49,122 nt of DNA from Malacoraja senta (Eukaryota), in contig JAXLNO010000087.1 of the NCBI GenBank assembly GCA_038087875.1, forward strand, positions 248,001 to 297,122, written 5' to 3'. A model generated the notes under the pieces. It did no database searches. It had not been told where the DNA came from and saw only the letters and a program-made list of their open reading frames with translations. Shown here piece after piece: positions 48,625 to 49,122 of this stretch; the stretch's first letter is position 1, and every line of letters starts with the position of its first letter. Position numbers and translations under genes: made by a program.

Positions 48625-48803
48625 GGGGAGCTGGGCGGGGCATCCGGCCCTCTGACTGATGGGACATCCCCATTGGCGGAAAGAGACGTCACTCAACCGG
48701 GCGGTGGGGCGGGACTTGCAATGGCCGGAAGCGGCGAGTGATGGAGGAGAGGGACCTCAGCAGAAGGAACCCTGTCTCTCTCTGGTCCGCGTTGCAGACA
48801 GGA
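48625..48803 (+). promoter_or_regulatory. CpG-rich promoter and probable first exon of an unidentified gene
   Basis: GC boxes (48633, 48706), ATTGG (48672), GACGTCA (48685), ETS CCGGAAG (48725), donor GGA|GTGAGA at 48803/48804. Possible ATG at 48741 (MEERDLSRRNPVSLWSALQTG). Confidence 0.6.
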
Positions 48804-49122
48804 GTGAGAGAGAGGGAAAGGAGAGAGAGAGAGAGAGGATGGAGTGTGGGGCTGGGGAGGGAGTGAGGGAAAGGGGGAAATAAATTGAGAGAGAAATGAA
48901 TTGAGAGAAAAATGAAGAATTGAATGAAAATTTAGGATTTGAGTGAAAGAGAGGGGGAAGGAGGGATGGGAGAGGGGAGAGATGAGAGGGAGGAAGGAGA
49001 GGGAGGAGGGAAAATAGAGGAGAGGGAGTAGATAGAGAAAGGAGAGAGGGAGAGAGAAAGGTAAGAAGGGACAGAGGGAGAGGGATGGATAGAGGGGCAG
49101 GGGAGGAGAGGAGAGGGGAGAG

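Overview
Eukaryotic, repeat-dense vertebrate DNA. The CR1/L2/Rex1/Penelope/SINE repertoire suggests a cartilaginous fish (skate/ray-like); this is an inference. Most of the window is transposon-derived: many CR1 LINE fragments (one nearly intact ORF2 at 36.2-38.8 kb), L2, Rex1/Babar, L1, Penelope (RT + GIY-YIG, with hammerhead-ribozyme-type motifs), and a structurally complete DIRS1-type element (12.2-19.0 kb) interrupted by Rex1. There is also a ~3 kb long-TIR non-autonomous DNA transposon with Academ-like transposase fragments (23.5-26.5 kb) and a very young but internally degraded endogenous retrovirus (41.8-46.7 kb; near-identical LTRs, tRNA-Ser PBS, 4-bp TSD) inserted into an L2. Host-gene signals are few. 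A CpG island at 1.4-1.95 kb carries exon 1 of NEIL3 on the minus strand (disrupted by a 4-bp insertion) and a divergent plus-strand first exon, with candidate coding exons at ~11 kb. A YY1-rich minus-strand promoter/exon at 27.4-27.6 kb is followed by a fold-back putative intron, and another promoter/first exon lies at 48.6-48.8 kb.
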